A DNA stretch of 64,000 bases, from the NCBI GenBank assembly GCA_965243025.1, contig CBDETY010000003.1, forward strand, positions 2,784,001 to 2,848,000, written 5' to 3'. Origin of the DNA: Candidatus Latescibacterota bacterium (lineage in GTDB: Bacteria > Latescibacterota > UBA2968 > UBA8231). A model generated the notes under the pieces. That model did not search any database. It was not told the DNA's origin and saw only the letters and a list, made by a program, of their open reading frames with translations. The translations under genes were made by a program, and so were the position numbers. Below, one piece after another: positions 30,165 to 39,639 of the stretch (position 1 is the stretch's first letter; each line of letters starts with the position of its first letter).

Positions 30165-31123
30165 GGCCGCCTGCGGAACCTCCCGCAGCCGCCGACCGGA
30201 TCGAGCGGGTCGCCGTGGTCGGGGCCGGGCTCATGGGCCACGGGATCGCCCTGGAGTTCGCCCTCGCCGGCCTGGAGGTGCGCATGCACTCGCGCACCCG
30301 GGCAAGCCTGGACCGGGCCCGGGCACGCATCGACGAGGTTCTCGGCTACCTCGCCGGCCTCGGCCGCATCACCCCGGAACAGGCGGATTCGGTCCCCTCC
30401 CGCCTGCACGCCTCCCCCGACCTCGAGGAGGCGGTCTCCCGAGCCGACTTCGCCATCGAATCGGTGTTCGAGGACCTCGACCTCAAGCGCCGGGTGTTCG
30501 CCGACCTCGACCGCCTCTGCCCCGGGCGCGCCATCCTCGCGAGCAACACCTCCGGCCTGATGCCGGACAGCTTCGTTCCGGAGACCGGACGGCGCGACCG
30601 CGTTCTCGTCACCCATTTCGCCAACCCGCCCCACCTCATTCCACTGGTGGAGGTGGTGCCGGCAAGCGCAACCTCGGACGCCGCCCTGCAGGCCGCCTGC
30701 TCGCTGCTCGAGCGCGCGGGCAAGCGCCCGATCGTCGTCCGCAGGCAGGTCCCGGGCTTCGTCCTCAACCGCCTGCAGTTCGCGCTTCTGCGCGAGGCCC
30801 TCTGGCTGGTCGAGAACGGGGTCGCCGCCCCCCGCGACGTCGACTACGCCCTGAGCAACAGCATCGGCCGCCGCTGGTCGACGGCCGGCATCTTCGAGGT
30901 GTTCGAGCTGGCCGGGTGGGACCTGGTGGCCGCGATCGCCGACAACCTCCTCCCCCATCTCGCGGCGGGGCCGGAGGTGCCCGCCCTGCTGCGGGACAAG
31001 GTTGCCCGCGGCGAGCTCGGGGCGAAGACGGGACGCGGCTTCTACCAGTGGACGCCCGAATCCGCGGAGGAGCTGAGACGGCGGATCGCCGCCGCCCTCG
31101 TCGAGATCGAGAAGTGGCAGTGA
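30161..31123 (+). CDS. 3-hydroxyacyl-CoA dehydrogenase family protein
   Basis: VVGAGLMGHGIA, ILASNTS, HFANPP, GFVLNRLQ, G.KTGRGFY. TTG start overlaps the upstream stop. Confidence 0.92.
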   Translation: MRPPAEPPAAADRIERVAVVGAGLMGHGIALEFALAGLEVRMHSRTRASLDRARARIDEVLGYLAGLGRITPEQADSVPSRLHASPDLEEAVSRADFAIESVFEDLDLKRRVFADLDRLCPGRAILASNTSGLMPDSFVPETGRRDRVLVTHFANPPHLIPLVEVVPASATSDAALQAACSLLERAGKRPIVVRRQVPGFVLNRLQFALLREALWLVENGVAAPRDVDYALSNSIGRRWSTAGIFEVFELAGWDLVAAIADNLLPHLAAGPEVPALLRDKVARGELGAKTGRGFYQWTPESAEELRRRIAAALVEIEKWQ

Positions 31124-31150
31124 CCCGGCACAGTCCGAGCGGCCGCCGCG
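31057..31150 (+). repeat. 94-bp direct repeat, left copy (flanks the TA module)
   Basis: CGAATCCGCGGAGG...GAGCGGCCGCCGCG, identical by eye to 33392-33485. Confidence 0.9.
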
Positions 31151-31220
31151 GCCCAATTTTGTCAATCTATCTCTGCGACGGGCATCTACAGGATCTGCGA
31201 GCGGGCGGTGAAAGTGGTCT

Positions 31221-31282
31221 TTGACAGGATTCGCCCTTCATGTATATTGAAATGGTTAAAATTCACCAAAAATGTGAATTTT
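31221..31282 (+). promoter_or_regulatory. Sigma70 promoter and palindromic operator of the TA operon
   Basis: TTGACA (31221)-16 nt-TATATT (31243), then perfect inverted repeat AAAATTCAC-N7-GTGAATTTT (31258-31282). Confidence 0.7.
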
Positions 31283-31303
31283 GCCATATAAATTATACAT
31301 CTT

Positions 31304-32110
31304 ATGAACTCAAGAACCACCCTGCCCGAGGGACGTCGCAGGCTGGCCGCCGTTGTTCGGGAAGCTGGCGACATCATTTACATCGAGGATGCCGAACATG
31401 CCCTGGCGGTCAGCCGATCCGACGCCGCCAAGCTTCTTTCCCGTTGGAGCGGCCAGGGCTGGCTGAGACGCGTCGGCCCGGGGGCCTACGCACCCGTTGG
31501 CCTTGAGTCCCTTGCCAGCGATCAGGTGCTCGATGATCACTGGGTGCTGGTGCCTGTGCTTTTCAAGCCTGCCTACATCGGTGGCCGGACGGCCGCCGAA
31601 CACTGGGAACTTACGGAGCAGATCTTCCGGGACATTGTGGTGATGACCGCGCGGGCCGTGCGTGCGACCAGCCAGCAACGCCATGGCGCCCATTTCACAC
31701 TGAAGCATGTCCGGCAAGGTATGATTTTCGGGACGAAGACAGTTTGGCGCGGAAGAACCCGGATCGCCGTATCTGACGTTCACCGCACCATCATCGACAT
31801 GCTCGATGTTCCTGACCTTGGAGCCGGCATCCAGCATGTTGCTGACTGCCTTGCGACCTATTTCGAACTCAAGAACAGGGATGACGACAGATTGATTGCC
31901 TATGCGGACCGGCTCGGTAACGGGGCCGTATTCAAGCGCCTGGGCTTTCTGGCAGAACGCGGACCCGGAACGGCAACCCTCGTTGAGGCGTGCCGTGCGC
32001 GTCTGACCCAGGGCAACGCCAAACTCGACCCGAGGCTTTCATGCCGCCGCCTCATATCCCGATGGCGCCTCCATGTTCCTGAGAGCTGGGCCCAGATTGC
32101 GTCCCCATGA
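31304..32110 (+). CDS. Type IV TA antitoxin, AbiEi family
   Basis: N-terminal wHTH (GWLRRVGPGAY), YIGG.TA.EHW.LTEQ, SD..RTIID, KRLGFL.E. Confidence 0.85.
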   Translation: MNSRTTLPEGRRRLAAVVREAGDIIYIEDAEHALAVSRSDAAKLLSRWSGQGWLRRVGPGAYAPVGLESLASDQVLDDHWVLVPVLFKPAYIGGRTAAEHWELTEQIFRDIVVMTARAVRATSQQRHGAHFTLKHVRQGMIFGTKTVWRGRTRIAVSDVHRTIIDMLDVPDLGAGIQHVADCLATYFELKNRDDDRLIAYADRLGNGAVFKRLGFLAERGPGTATLVEACRARLTQGNAKLDPRLSCRRLISRWRLHVPESWAQIASP

Positions 32111-33306
32111 TCGGACGCCGCGAGATCCTCGATATCGCCGGTGTCCTTGGCTTGCTGCCCCAGGTTGTCGAGAAGGACTATGTGCTCGGCTGGATTCTCG
32201 CCGGCATCTATCGGCACTCGGCTCTCGCAGAAAACTGGATTTTCAAGGGCGGAACCTGCCTGAAGAAATGTTACTTCGAAACGTACCGATTCTCCGAAGA
32301 CCTGGATTTCACCCTCGCCGATCTCTCTGACATTGATCAGGGAGTCCTGGTCGCTGTCTTCAGCGAGATTGGCGAATGGATCTATGAGGGGACCGGCATC
32401 GAGATCCCCGAAGAATTGCTGGGATTCGAAATCTTCGAAAACCCGCGCGGCACGGTGTCGGGCCAGGGCAAACTCAGCTACCGGGGACCGATCGCTCCGC
32501 GCTCAGGCGGTCTGCCGCGCATCAAGCTTGACCTTACACTCGACGAAGTTCTTGTCCTTCCGCCAGCGCAGCGTGTCATCTTTCACGACTACAGCGATGT
32601 GCCTTCAGAGGGGATTCCGGTCAGGTGCTACGCCTATGAGGAAGCGTTTGCTGAAAAGGTCCGGGCCCTGGGCGACCGTGTCCGACCCCGCGACCTGTAT
32701 GATGTCATCCATCTTTTTCGCAACACGGAAGCACGGCCGCATTCCGCTGTCCTGAACGAAGTCCTGCAGGAAAAATGTGCTCACCGCGGTATCCCTGTCC
32801 CGACTCTCGCCGAACTTGCACTACACAAGGACGATCTTGAGGGTTCCTGGGAACCGATGCTGGGCCACCAGCTTCAGGCCCTGCCCCCCCTTGAATCTCT
32901 CTGGAGCACGCTTCCCGATTTCTTTGGTTGGCTCGCAACCGGCGTGTCACCGACTGTTCCGGCCACCTACCAGATGGACGCCGGTGAAATCGTGCTCAGG
33001 GAATGCACACTGCGCCTGCCGGTCTCTGGCGCCGCCCAGTCATTCCTGGAAATCATCCGCTTTGCCGCCGTCAACCATTTGTGCGTTGACTTGGAGTACG
33101 AGGGATCTGTCCGGCGGATTGAGCCCTATTCCCTGCGGCGCACCCGCGATGGCGATATCGTCCTGCACGCCGCAATAGCTTCCGACGGCGGGCACTGCAG
33201 CTACCGCGTTGACCGCATCCAGGACGCGCAGACAACCGGGCAAGGTTTCCTCCCGCGCTATGAAGTTGAGCTGAGTCCGCGGGGGCTCAGCAGTCAAAGC
33301 GCCTGA
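32107..33306 (+). CDS. Type IV TA toxin, AbiEii nucleotidyltransferase with C-terminal WYL-like domain
   Basis: EKDY, FKGGTCLKK, RFSEDLDF, AEK..A, RPRDLYD. C-terminal Y....R.IEPYSL...SYRVDRI. Confidence 0.88.
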   Translation: MIGRREILDIAGVLGLLPQVVEKDYVLGWILAGIYRHSALAENWIFKGGTCLKKCYFETYRFSEDLDFTLADLSDIDQGVLVAVFSEIGEWIYEGTGIEIPEELLGFEIFENPRGTVSGQGKLSYRGPIAPRSGGLPRIKLDLTLDEVLVLPPAQRVIFHDYSDVPSEGIPVRCYAYEEAFAEKVRALGDRVRPRDLYDVIHLFRNTEARPHSAVLNEVLQEKCAHRGIPVPTLAELALHKDDLEGSWEPMLGHQLQALPPLESLWSTLPDFFGWLATGVSPTVPATYQMDAGEIVLRECTLRLPVSGAAQSFLEIIRFAAVNHLCVDLEYEGSVRRIEPYSLRRTRDGDIVLHAAIASDGGHCSYRVDRIQDAQTTGQGFLPRYEVELSPRGLSSQSA

Positions 33307-33391
33307 GGTTCATCACCCTTCGCCCCCCCCTGACTCCTCACAAGCGGAAGCAGGGACCTACCTGAATGATAGGGAAGCGTATAATCCGTCT

Positions 33392-33485
33392 CGAATCCGC
33401 GGAGGAGCTGAGACGGCGGATCGCCGCCGCCCTCGTCGAGATCGAGAAGTGGCAGTGACCCGGCACAGTCCGAGCGGCCGCCGCG
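33392..33485 (+). repeat. 94-bp direct repeat, right copy
   Basis: Duplicates the 3' end of the dehydrogenase gene and the 5' end of the DMT gene. Confidence 0.9.
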
Positions 33486-34387
33486 CCCTCGGGCTGTGCC
33501 TCGCCGGCCTCGCCGTCTTCCAGTGGGGGACGCAGCCGGTGCTCCTGGCCCTCGTCGTGCAATCCCTCGAGGTGGCCGCGGTCGGATGGATGCGCTTCGC
33601 CGTCACCGCGGCCCTGCTCCTGCCCCTGGTCCTGCGCCGGGGCGTCCGCGAGCTGCTGCGCCTGCGCGGCCGGAGGCTTCTCCTGCTGACGGTCTGCGTC
33701 GCCGGCCTGCTCACCAACTACCTGACCTTCATGGCCGCCCTCCGCTACGTCAGCCCCGGCACCGCCCAGGTGGTCATCCAGCTCGCCCCGATGCTGATGC
33801 TTCTCGGCGGCCTGGTCCTGTTCGGCGAGCCGTTCAGCCGTCTCCAGTGGCTGGGGATCGCCCTCCTGCTCGGCGGCCTGGCCCTGTTCTTCAGCCCCCG
33901 CTACGGCGAGCTGGCCGGCGAACTGCAGGGGTTCGGCCTCGGTATTCTGCTGGTGATCGTCTCCGCGGTGGCCTGGGCGGTGTACCTGCTGAGCCAGAAG
34001 CAGCTCCTGACCGTGCTTCCCCCCCAGGCGATCCTGCTGCCGATCTACGCCACCGGGACGATTATCCTGTTCCCCGCGGTCCGCTTCGCCGAATTCGGCC
34101 GCCTCGACTCCGTCCACCTCGGCCTGCTCGCGGCCACCAGCATCCTCACCTTCACCTCCTACCTCTCCTACGCCCACGCCGTCGAGCACATCGAGGCCTC
34201 CCGGATCGGCGTTCTCCTCTCCCTGACGCCGGTGGTCGTGTTCGTCATGGCGGGGACGTTCGCCCTGCTCCTGCCCGACCTGGCCAGGCAGGAGGAATTG
34301 AGTTTGACCAGCATTGCCGGGGCCGCGTTGGTCGTGGCGGGTTCAATGCTGGGCGCCATGGGAAGCCAGTCTGCGCCGGGGGGCTAG
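33455..34387 (+). CDS. DMT/EamA family transporter
   Basis: About 10 TM helices, WG...RF, QLAP...GE pattern. Start GTG at 33449 or 33455. Confidence 0.9.
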   Translation: MTRHSPSGRRALGLCLAGLAVFQWGTQPVLLALVVQSLEVAAVGWMRFAVTAALLLPLVLRRGVRELLRLRGRRLLLLTVCVAGLLTNYLTFMAALRYVSPGTAQVVIQLAPMLMLLGGLVLFGEPFSRLQWLGIALLLGGLALFFSPRYGELAGELQGFGLGILLVIVSAVAWAVYLLSQKQLLTVLPPQAILLPIYATGTIILFPAVRFAEFGRLDSVHLGLLAATSILTFTSYLSYAHAVEHIEASRIGVLLSLTPVVVFVMAGTFALLLPDLARQEELSLTSIAGAALVVAGSMLGAMGSQSAPGG

Positions 34388-34566
34388 CGCCGCGGAGTTT
34401 CTTCGGGGCCCTGGAAAAGGGTGCATGACCTCCGCGCTCGAACCGGCCACCCCATCGTATTCTTCCGGCCGCGCCCGGGCACCCGGTCGGCCGGCCTGAC
34501 GCCCCGGCCCGGTCAGCGTATCCTTCAACGCGAAAACCGTTCCCTTGCTTCCACGGAGGAATACAA

Positions 34567-35826
34567 GTGAGCCAGGCTGCGAGCCCGACCCCCATGGCCG
34601 ACCGCATCGGCCGCGAAGACCTCACCATCACCGAGGCCAGGCTGACCCGCCTGACCTCGAAGCCGCCGGACGGCCGCTACGTCCACGAGTGCGGCCCGGT
34701 GATTCTCACCAAGGTCGACATCGGTCTGCTGGAGGTATCCACTGCCGAGGGCCTCGTCGGCATCGGCGTCGAGCCGGCCGACAGCGACGGCGACTTCCGG
34801 CACCTGATCGGCAGGAACCCGTTCGACGTCGAGAGCCTCGGCCTGTCCGCGGGGGCCGACGTCGCCTGCTGGGACCTCATCGGCAAGGCCAGGGGGGAGC
34901 CGCTGCACCGGCTGCTCGCCCCGGAGCGCGGCGGCCGGGTGCGGGTCTACGCCAGCGGCGGGGTGAACTGGACCTGGTACGACCGCGGCGACGGCGAGCC
35001 GTTCGGCGCCGAGCAGCTGATCGAGGAGGCGCTGCAGTACCGGGAGATGGGGTTCGACACCTTCAAGTGGCGCCCGGGGACCGACTGGGAAGAAGCCGGC
35101 GTCACCCCGGCCGGGCTGGGGGAAGTCTGCCGCCGTCTGCGCGATGCGGTGGGCCCGGACTTCGACCTCGGCCTCGAGAAGAAGGGGTACGACTCATGGA
35201 CGTACGAGGAGTGCCTGGAGATCGCCCCGGTCATCGACGGCCTCGGTTTCCTCTTCTTCGAGCAGCCGATGGGAGACGCCGGGCCCGCCCAGTTCGACGA
35301 CTACCTCGCGCTGAAGGAGCGGATGCCCGGGGTCATGCTGTGGGGCGGCGAAAGCCTGGAGAGCCTGGAGGAGATCCGCCCGTGGCTGGAAGCGGGGGTG
35401 TACGACGCCATGCAGATCGACGCTTCGCGCCAGGGCCTGTCCGAGGACCTGCGCATCTCCGGCGCCGCCCGGGAGCACGGCATCCGCATCGTACCCCACA
35501 ACTGGCAGTCCTCAATCGGCACCGCGGCCAACCTGCACCTGACCGCCGCGGCCGCGACCGGTCACGTCTGCGAGTTCTTCATGTACCCGAACGGGTTCCG
35601 GTACGAGTTGCTCAAAGAGCCCCCGCGGCCGGTGGATGGTTGGGTTACCCTGCCGAACCGCCCCGGCCTCGGTATCGAGGTTGTGGAGGACGTCGAGAAG
35701 CGCTTCCCCTACGAACCGGGACCGAACACCCTGCCCAACCCGCGTTTCCCCCACGCCCTGGACCGGGCAAGGGCTCGCGAGCAGGCCGTGCGGCAGAGGT
35801 ATGCCGGGGGCCAGGTCAGCGCGTGA
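34567..35826 (+). CDS. Mandelate racemase/muconate lactonizing enzyme (enolase superfamily)
   Basis: DVACWDLIGKA, VRVYAS, GFDTFK, FEQP, GGES, PHNW, P.RPGLG. Confidence 0.9.
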   Translation: MSQAASPTPMADRIGREDLTITEARLTRLTSKPPDGRYVHECGPVILTKVDIGLLEVSTAEGLVGIGVEPADSDGDFRHLIGRNPFDVESLGLSAGADVACWDLIGKARGEPLHRLLAPERGGRVRVYASGGVNWTWYDRGDGEPFGAEQLIEEALQYREMGFDTFKWRPGTDWEEAGVTPAGLGEVCRRLRDAVGPDFDLGLEKKGYDSWTYEECLEIAPVIDGLGFLFFEQPMGDAGPAQFDDYLALKERMPGVMLWGGESLESLEEIRPWLEAGVYDAMQIDASRQGLSEDLRISGAAREHGIRIVPHNWQSSIGTAANLHLTAAAATGHVCEFFMYPNGFRYELLKEPPRPVDGWVTLPNRPGLGIEVVEDVEKRFPYEPGPNTLPNPRFPHALDRARAREQAVRQRYAGGQVSA

Positions 35827-35860
35827 AAAAGCGAGTCGCTCCCGTTTCCCCTCCACCCAG

Positions 35861-36790
35861 TTACCGAGCCGAAGAAACCGCCGCCTTGATTCGGGCCCAG
35901 GTGACGCTTTCGACCGCCGAATCGTCGGATGACGAACCATCCGGCGTCATCAGAATCCCATCGGCCAAATCGTCTGCTGACATCTTCAACAGACCATCCT
36001 CGTCGCTCGTCCGGCCTGCCAGCAGATGGACGGTCTCCCAATGCCCAGGCCGACTATCCAGGTCGTATACCTCAATATTGAAGCCGATGATCTTTCCGGC
36101 GAACAGATCGGACAGGTCACTGTCCCCCGGGTCCGTCCAGACAAAGAGGTCATACGGGGTCACGTAGAATTCCGTCACCGAGAAGATGGGGGATTCGCCA
36201 AACACAGCGCCGCCTCCGTGGGCAAACGGCGGGCGATTGAACCAGTCCGGACTCACATGATACGATCGGGGGAAGAGGAGAACCTGCAAGCCTTCGTCGA
36301 AAACTTCTCCGAGCGCTTGATACTTTTGCGCCTCGTAAGGCAGCATGTTCTCTAAAGAGGAGTCCGGGGGGAAGAACTCGCCGCCCGAGTGATCTCCGTC
36401 AACGGCAAAAAACACCGAAGAGTCGTGGAAAGACATAATGCGCATTCTTTCATCCTCGCGGTCGAATTCGTTGACGTATACATCGTCGACCCTCTCCATG
36501 GCGAAGTAAACCCGGTCAGTGGCATCGTGCCATCCAAGCCAGATGCGAAAATCCATGTCCGCGGGATCGTAGGAGCCGATTGTTGTGATCGCGAAGTCGA
36601 GCGGGGTGAGCGTGGGCTCCCCGGCGATATATTGCCAATCATCGACGGAGCCGTCGGTGACGTCGATCTCGGCGACGTCGCGGTCCGTCAACTGCAGGAT
36701 AGGGAAGATGCGGTCCGGTTCCTGGGCGTCTGCGGCGGAGAGGAAGCCTGCCAATGAGAGGGCGATCTTGGGCCAGACGAGTCGTTGCAT
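35861..36790 (-). CDS. Secreted CBM9/DOMON-like protein with C-terminal SAVESVTWARIK tail
   Basis: RBS GGAGG, signal peptide ending ADA|Q. Near-identical paralog of 37957-38880. Confidence 0.85.
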   Translation of the reverse strand: MQRLVWPKIALSLAGFLSAADAQEPDRIFPILQLTDRDVAEIDVTDGSVDDWQYIAGEPTLTPLDFAITTIGSYDPADMDFRIWLGWHDATDRVYFAMERVDDVYVNEFDREDERMRIMSFHDSSVFFAVDGDHSGGEFFPPDSSLENMLPYEAQKYQALGEVFDEGLQVLLFPRSYHVSPDWFNRPPFAHGGGAVFGESPIFSVTEFYVTPYDLFVWTDPGDSDLSDLFAGKIIGFNIEVYDLDSRPGHWETVHLLAGRTSDEDGLLKMSADDLADGILMTPDGSSSDDSAVESVTWARIKAAVSSAR

Positions 36791-37028
36791 TTCTGGATCC
36801 TCCTGACTGACAACAATAGCTGGGATGGGAAAACAATGTGTGGCGGTGGAGAGAGCTTTAACACCTACATGCCCGGATAGATGGTCACCTGCCGTTGAAC
36901 GGTTACGGGGACACCGACTGTCCTCTTGACGTAGTGTGTCCATGCCAATTGCCCACAGGCCCACTACGATTACGAGCAGTCGATGCCCCCGTACGGGTTG
37001 GGTTGGTTGGGGTCCACCCAACTAACCG

Positions 37029-37400
37029 TTATCCGCAAACGCAAATGCCGTAATCGCAGCTACCGCCGCAATCATTCCCGGCATGATGTGCGCAGTGAGC
37101 AGCGCAGCCGTTGTTGGTATTGCAGCCGTACAAATGCGATGATCCGTTGCAGTGTGCGGCCGCTTGGGGCGGAGACCCCAGAACGACCATGGCGGCGACG
37201 AGCAGGCCCCCGGTCCAGGCGACCGGGAACCCCTGCTCCGGGCTGACTTCGCCGGACTCGCTCAGGACGAAGTCGGCGAGGAAGCCGCTGCCGGGAGCGG
37301 AAGCGACGGCCTGCGCGGCGGCCTCGAAGAGGTCCCTGGCCGCGGCCGCGAGGCCGTGGGCGAATCGCGAGGATCGCCATCTGAAGCTGTACCATGTCAT
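37029..37400 (-). CDS. Cys-rich defensin-like precursor peptide, copy 2 (start at 37400, or frameshifted if the true start is 37395)
   Basis: Leader near-identical to 41522-41911. Core HCNGSSHLYGCNTNNGCAAHCAHHAGNDCGGSCDYGICVCG. Confidence 0.75.
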   Translation of the reverse strand: MTWYSFRWRSSRFAHGLAAAARDLFEAAAQAVASAPGSGFLADFVLSESGEVSPEQGFPVAWTGGLLVAAMVVLGSPPQAAAHCNGSSHLYGCNTNNGCAAHCAHHAGNDCGGSCDYGICVCG

Positions 37401-37918
37401 CCTCCTATTTGTCCGCGAATGCGCCTGAAATGATCGGTGACATCGTACTCGATATCCGCGCTGCGAAGTCGCGTGTGCGTATCGACCTGCAGGAGATCTT
37501 TTGCCGTCAACCTGATCCGTTGCGAGGGAACCGAGTTTTTTAGTTCCCATTCGACCGACAGTTCGGGTATCACCGCATTGCTCGAATCTCCAACCAGCAC
37601 GACGGCCGGGGTTTCACCCCAGTAGCACTCCGGCTGGCAGGCACCCCACATGCGGACAAAAAACCGGTCTGTTGAATCCGGCTTGAGTATTTCGACCCGT
37701 GTGAGATGATCTGTTTCGGGATTGGTGGTCTCCCACTGGCCGACCAGGTCGGACAATGCGAGCGAGGACTCGGTAACAAGCTGCAGCCCCGGAATACCGG
37801 TGCCGGCCTTCTCTGCTTCCGGCGGACTCGAACAGGCGCTCGCTGCCAGGGTGAGCGGGACGAAACCAAATCCGAGAAAACAGGACCGAACGGTACGACC
37901 CGGGGTTGTGGTTTTCAT
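37397..37918 (-). CDS. Hypothetical lipoprotein (beta-barrel-like, VGQW...WGACQPECYWG)
   Basis: Lipobox ASA-C. Its stop overlaps the ATG of precursor 2 (ATGA). Confidence 0.75.
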   Translation of the reverse strand: MKTTTPGRTVRSCFLGFGFVPLTLAASACSSPPEAEKAGTGIPGLQLVTESSLALSDLVGQWETTNPETDHLTRVEILKPDSTDRFFVRMWGACQPECYWGETPAVVLVGDSSNAVIPELSVEWELKNSVPSQRIRLTAKDLLQVDTHTRLRSADIEYDVTDHFRRIRGQIGG

Positions 37919-37956
37919 AGTGGGCGCGATCCAAGCAGGCCGGATCGATCTCCCGG

Positions 37957-38880
37957 CTATTCCGACAGGCCGGCCTTGATTCGGGCCCAGGTGACGCTTT
38001 CGACCGCCGAATCGTCAGATGACGAGCCATCCGGCGTCATCAGAACCCCGTCGGCCAAATCGTCTGCTGACATCCCAATCAGACCCAACTCGTCGCTCGT
38101 CCGGCCTGCCAGCAGATGGACGGTCCCCCAATGCTCAGGCTGACTATCCACGTCGTATACCTCAATGTTGAAGCCGATGATCTTTCCGGCGAACAGATCG
38201 GACAGGTCACTGTCCCCGGGGTCCGTCCAGACAAAGAGGTCATACGGGGTCACGTAGAATTCCGTCACCGAGAAGATGGGGGATTCGCCGAACACAGCGC
38301 CGCCTCCGTGGGCAAACGGCGGGCGATTGAACCAGTCCGGGCTCACATGATTCGATCGGGGGAAGAGGAGAACCTGCAAGCCTTCGTCGAAAACTTCCCC
38401 GAGCGCTTGATACAGTTGCGCCTCGTAAGGCAGCATGTTCTCTCGAGAGGAGCGCGGGGGTAACAACTCGCCGCCCGAGTGATCGCCGTCAACGGCAAAC
38501 ATCACCGAAGAGTCGTGGATGGACATAAGGCTCATCCATTCATCCTCGCGGTCGAATTCGTTGACGTATACGTCGTCGACCCTCTCCATGGCGAAGAAAA
38601 TCCGGTCAGTGGCATCGTGCCATGCAAGCCAGATGCGAAAATCCATGTCCGCGGGATCGTAGGAGCCGATTGTTGTGATCGCAAAGTCGAGCGGGGTGAG
38701 CGTGGGCTCCCCGAAGATATATTCCCAGTCACCGACGGAGCCGTCGGTGACGTCGATCTCGGCGACGTCGCGGTCCGTCAACTGCAGGATAGGAAAGATG
38801 CGGTCCGATTCCTGGGCGTCTGCGGCGAAGAGGATGCCTGCCAATGAGAGGGCGATCTTGGGCCAGACGAGTCGTTGCAT
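37957..38880 (-). CDS. Secreted CBM9/DOMON-like protein with C-terminal SAVESVTWARIK tail
   Basis: Signal peptide, DGSV.DW, FRIWLAWHD, DGDHSGG, EFYVTPYD motifs. Confidence 0.85.
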   Translation of the reverse strand: MQRLVWPKIALSLAGILFAADAQESDRIFPILQLTDRDVAEIDVTDGSVGDWEYIFGEPTLTPLDFAITTIGSYDPADMDFRIWLAWHDATDRIFFAMERVDDVYVNEFDREDEWMSLMSIHDSSVMFAVDGDHSGGELLPPRSSRENMLPYEAQLYQALGEVFDEGLQVLLFPRSNHVSPDWFNRPPFAHGGGAVFGESPIFSVTEFYVTPYDLFVWTDPGDSDLSDLFAGKIIGFNIEVYDVDSQPEHWGTVHLLAGRTSDELGLIGMSADDLADGVLMTPDGSSSDDSAVESVTWARIKAGLSE

Positions 38881-39639
38881 TTCTGGATCCTCCACTGATT
38901 ATTTCGACAGGCCGGCTTTGATTCGGGCCCAGGTGACGCTTTCGACCGCCGTATCGCCGGTACGATGGTCCGCGCCCAGGAGGATTCCGTGCGCCAGGAA
39001 ATCTGACCTGTCGATTTCCCATTCTGAATCCGGGCCGTACAAACCGAATAAACTATCGAAGGCATTTCTGTTTTCGTCGATGTCCGCTAGTTGATAGCCG
39101 AACCCTATGGTTTTTCCAGGAAAAAGATCGGAGACGATACTTTGTTCCGGTTCGTCCCAGATCAGGCGATCAAATGGAGTGACGTAAAATTCCACCACCC
39201 CGAAGATCGGGTTGCTGTCAATCATGGCACCGCCACCGTCGGCATACGGCGGCCGGTGTACCCAGTCCGTAAGAAGGCTCACGTCACCCAGAACCAGGTT
39301 GTTGTCGTTGCTACTATTTGTATAGGTTCCTGGAAATGCTTCATACTTCTGCGCCTGCTGCATTGGATACTCGAGCCCGCGAGCCTCGTCCTGCTGATAG
39401 CTTCCACCGCTTTTATCCCCGTCGACGAATAGCCACACGGATAAATCCGCGTGGGAAAGGTCGTGTGGAAGCACTCCATTTCGGTCGTAAACACGCTCGT
39501 TGATTACATCGTCGATCAATTCGGTAGCTACGAATAGGTGGTTACCGCCATCGTGCCAGGCCAGCCAGATGCGAAAGTCCAAGGACGATGGGTCGTACTC
39601 CGATGCCCATGGCGCGGTCATTAAATCCACCGGGGTTAA

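Noticed and set aside
36791-37028. N-terminal extension of the 35861 ORF, or a small immunity ORF after precursor 2
   Set aside because: The paralog and RBS support ATG 36790. No convincing ORF with start and RBS lies in this low-GC spacer.
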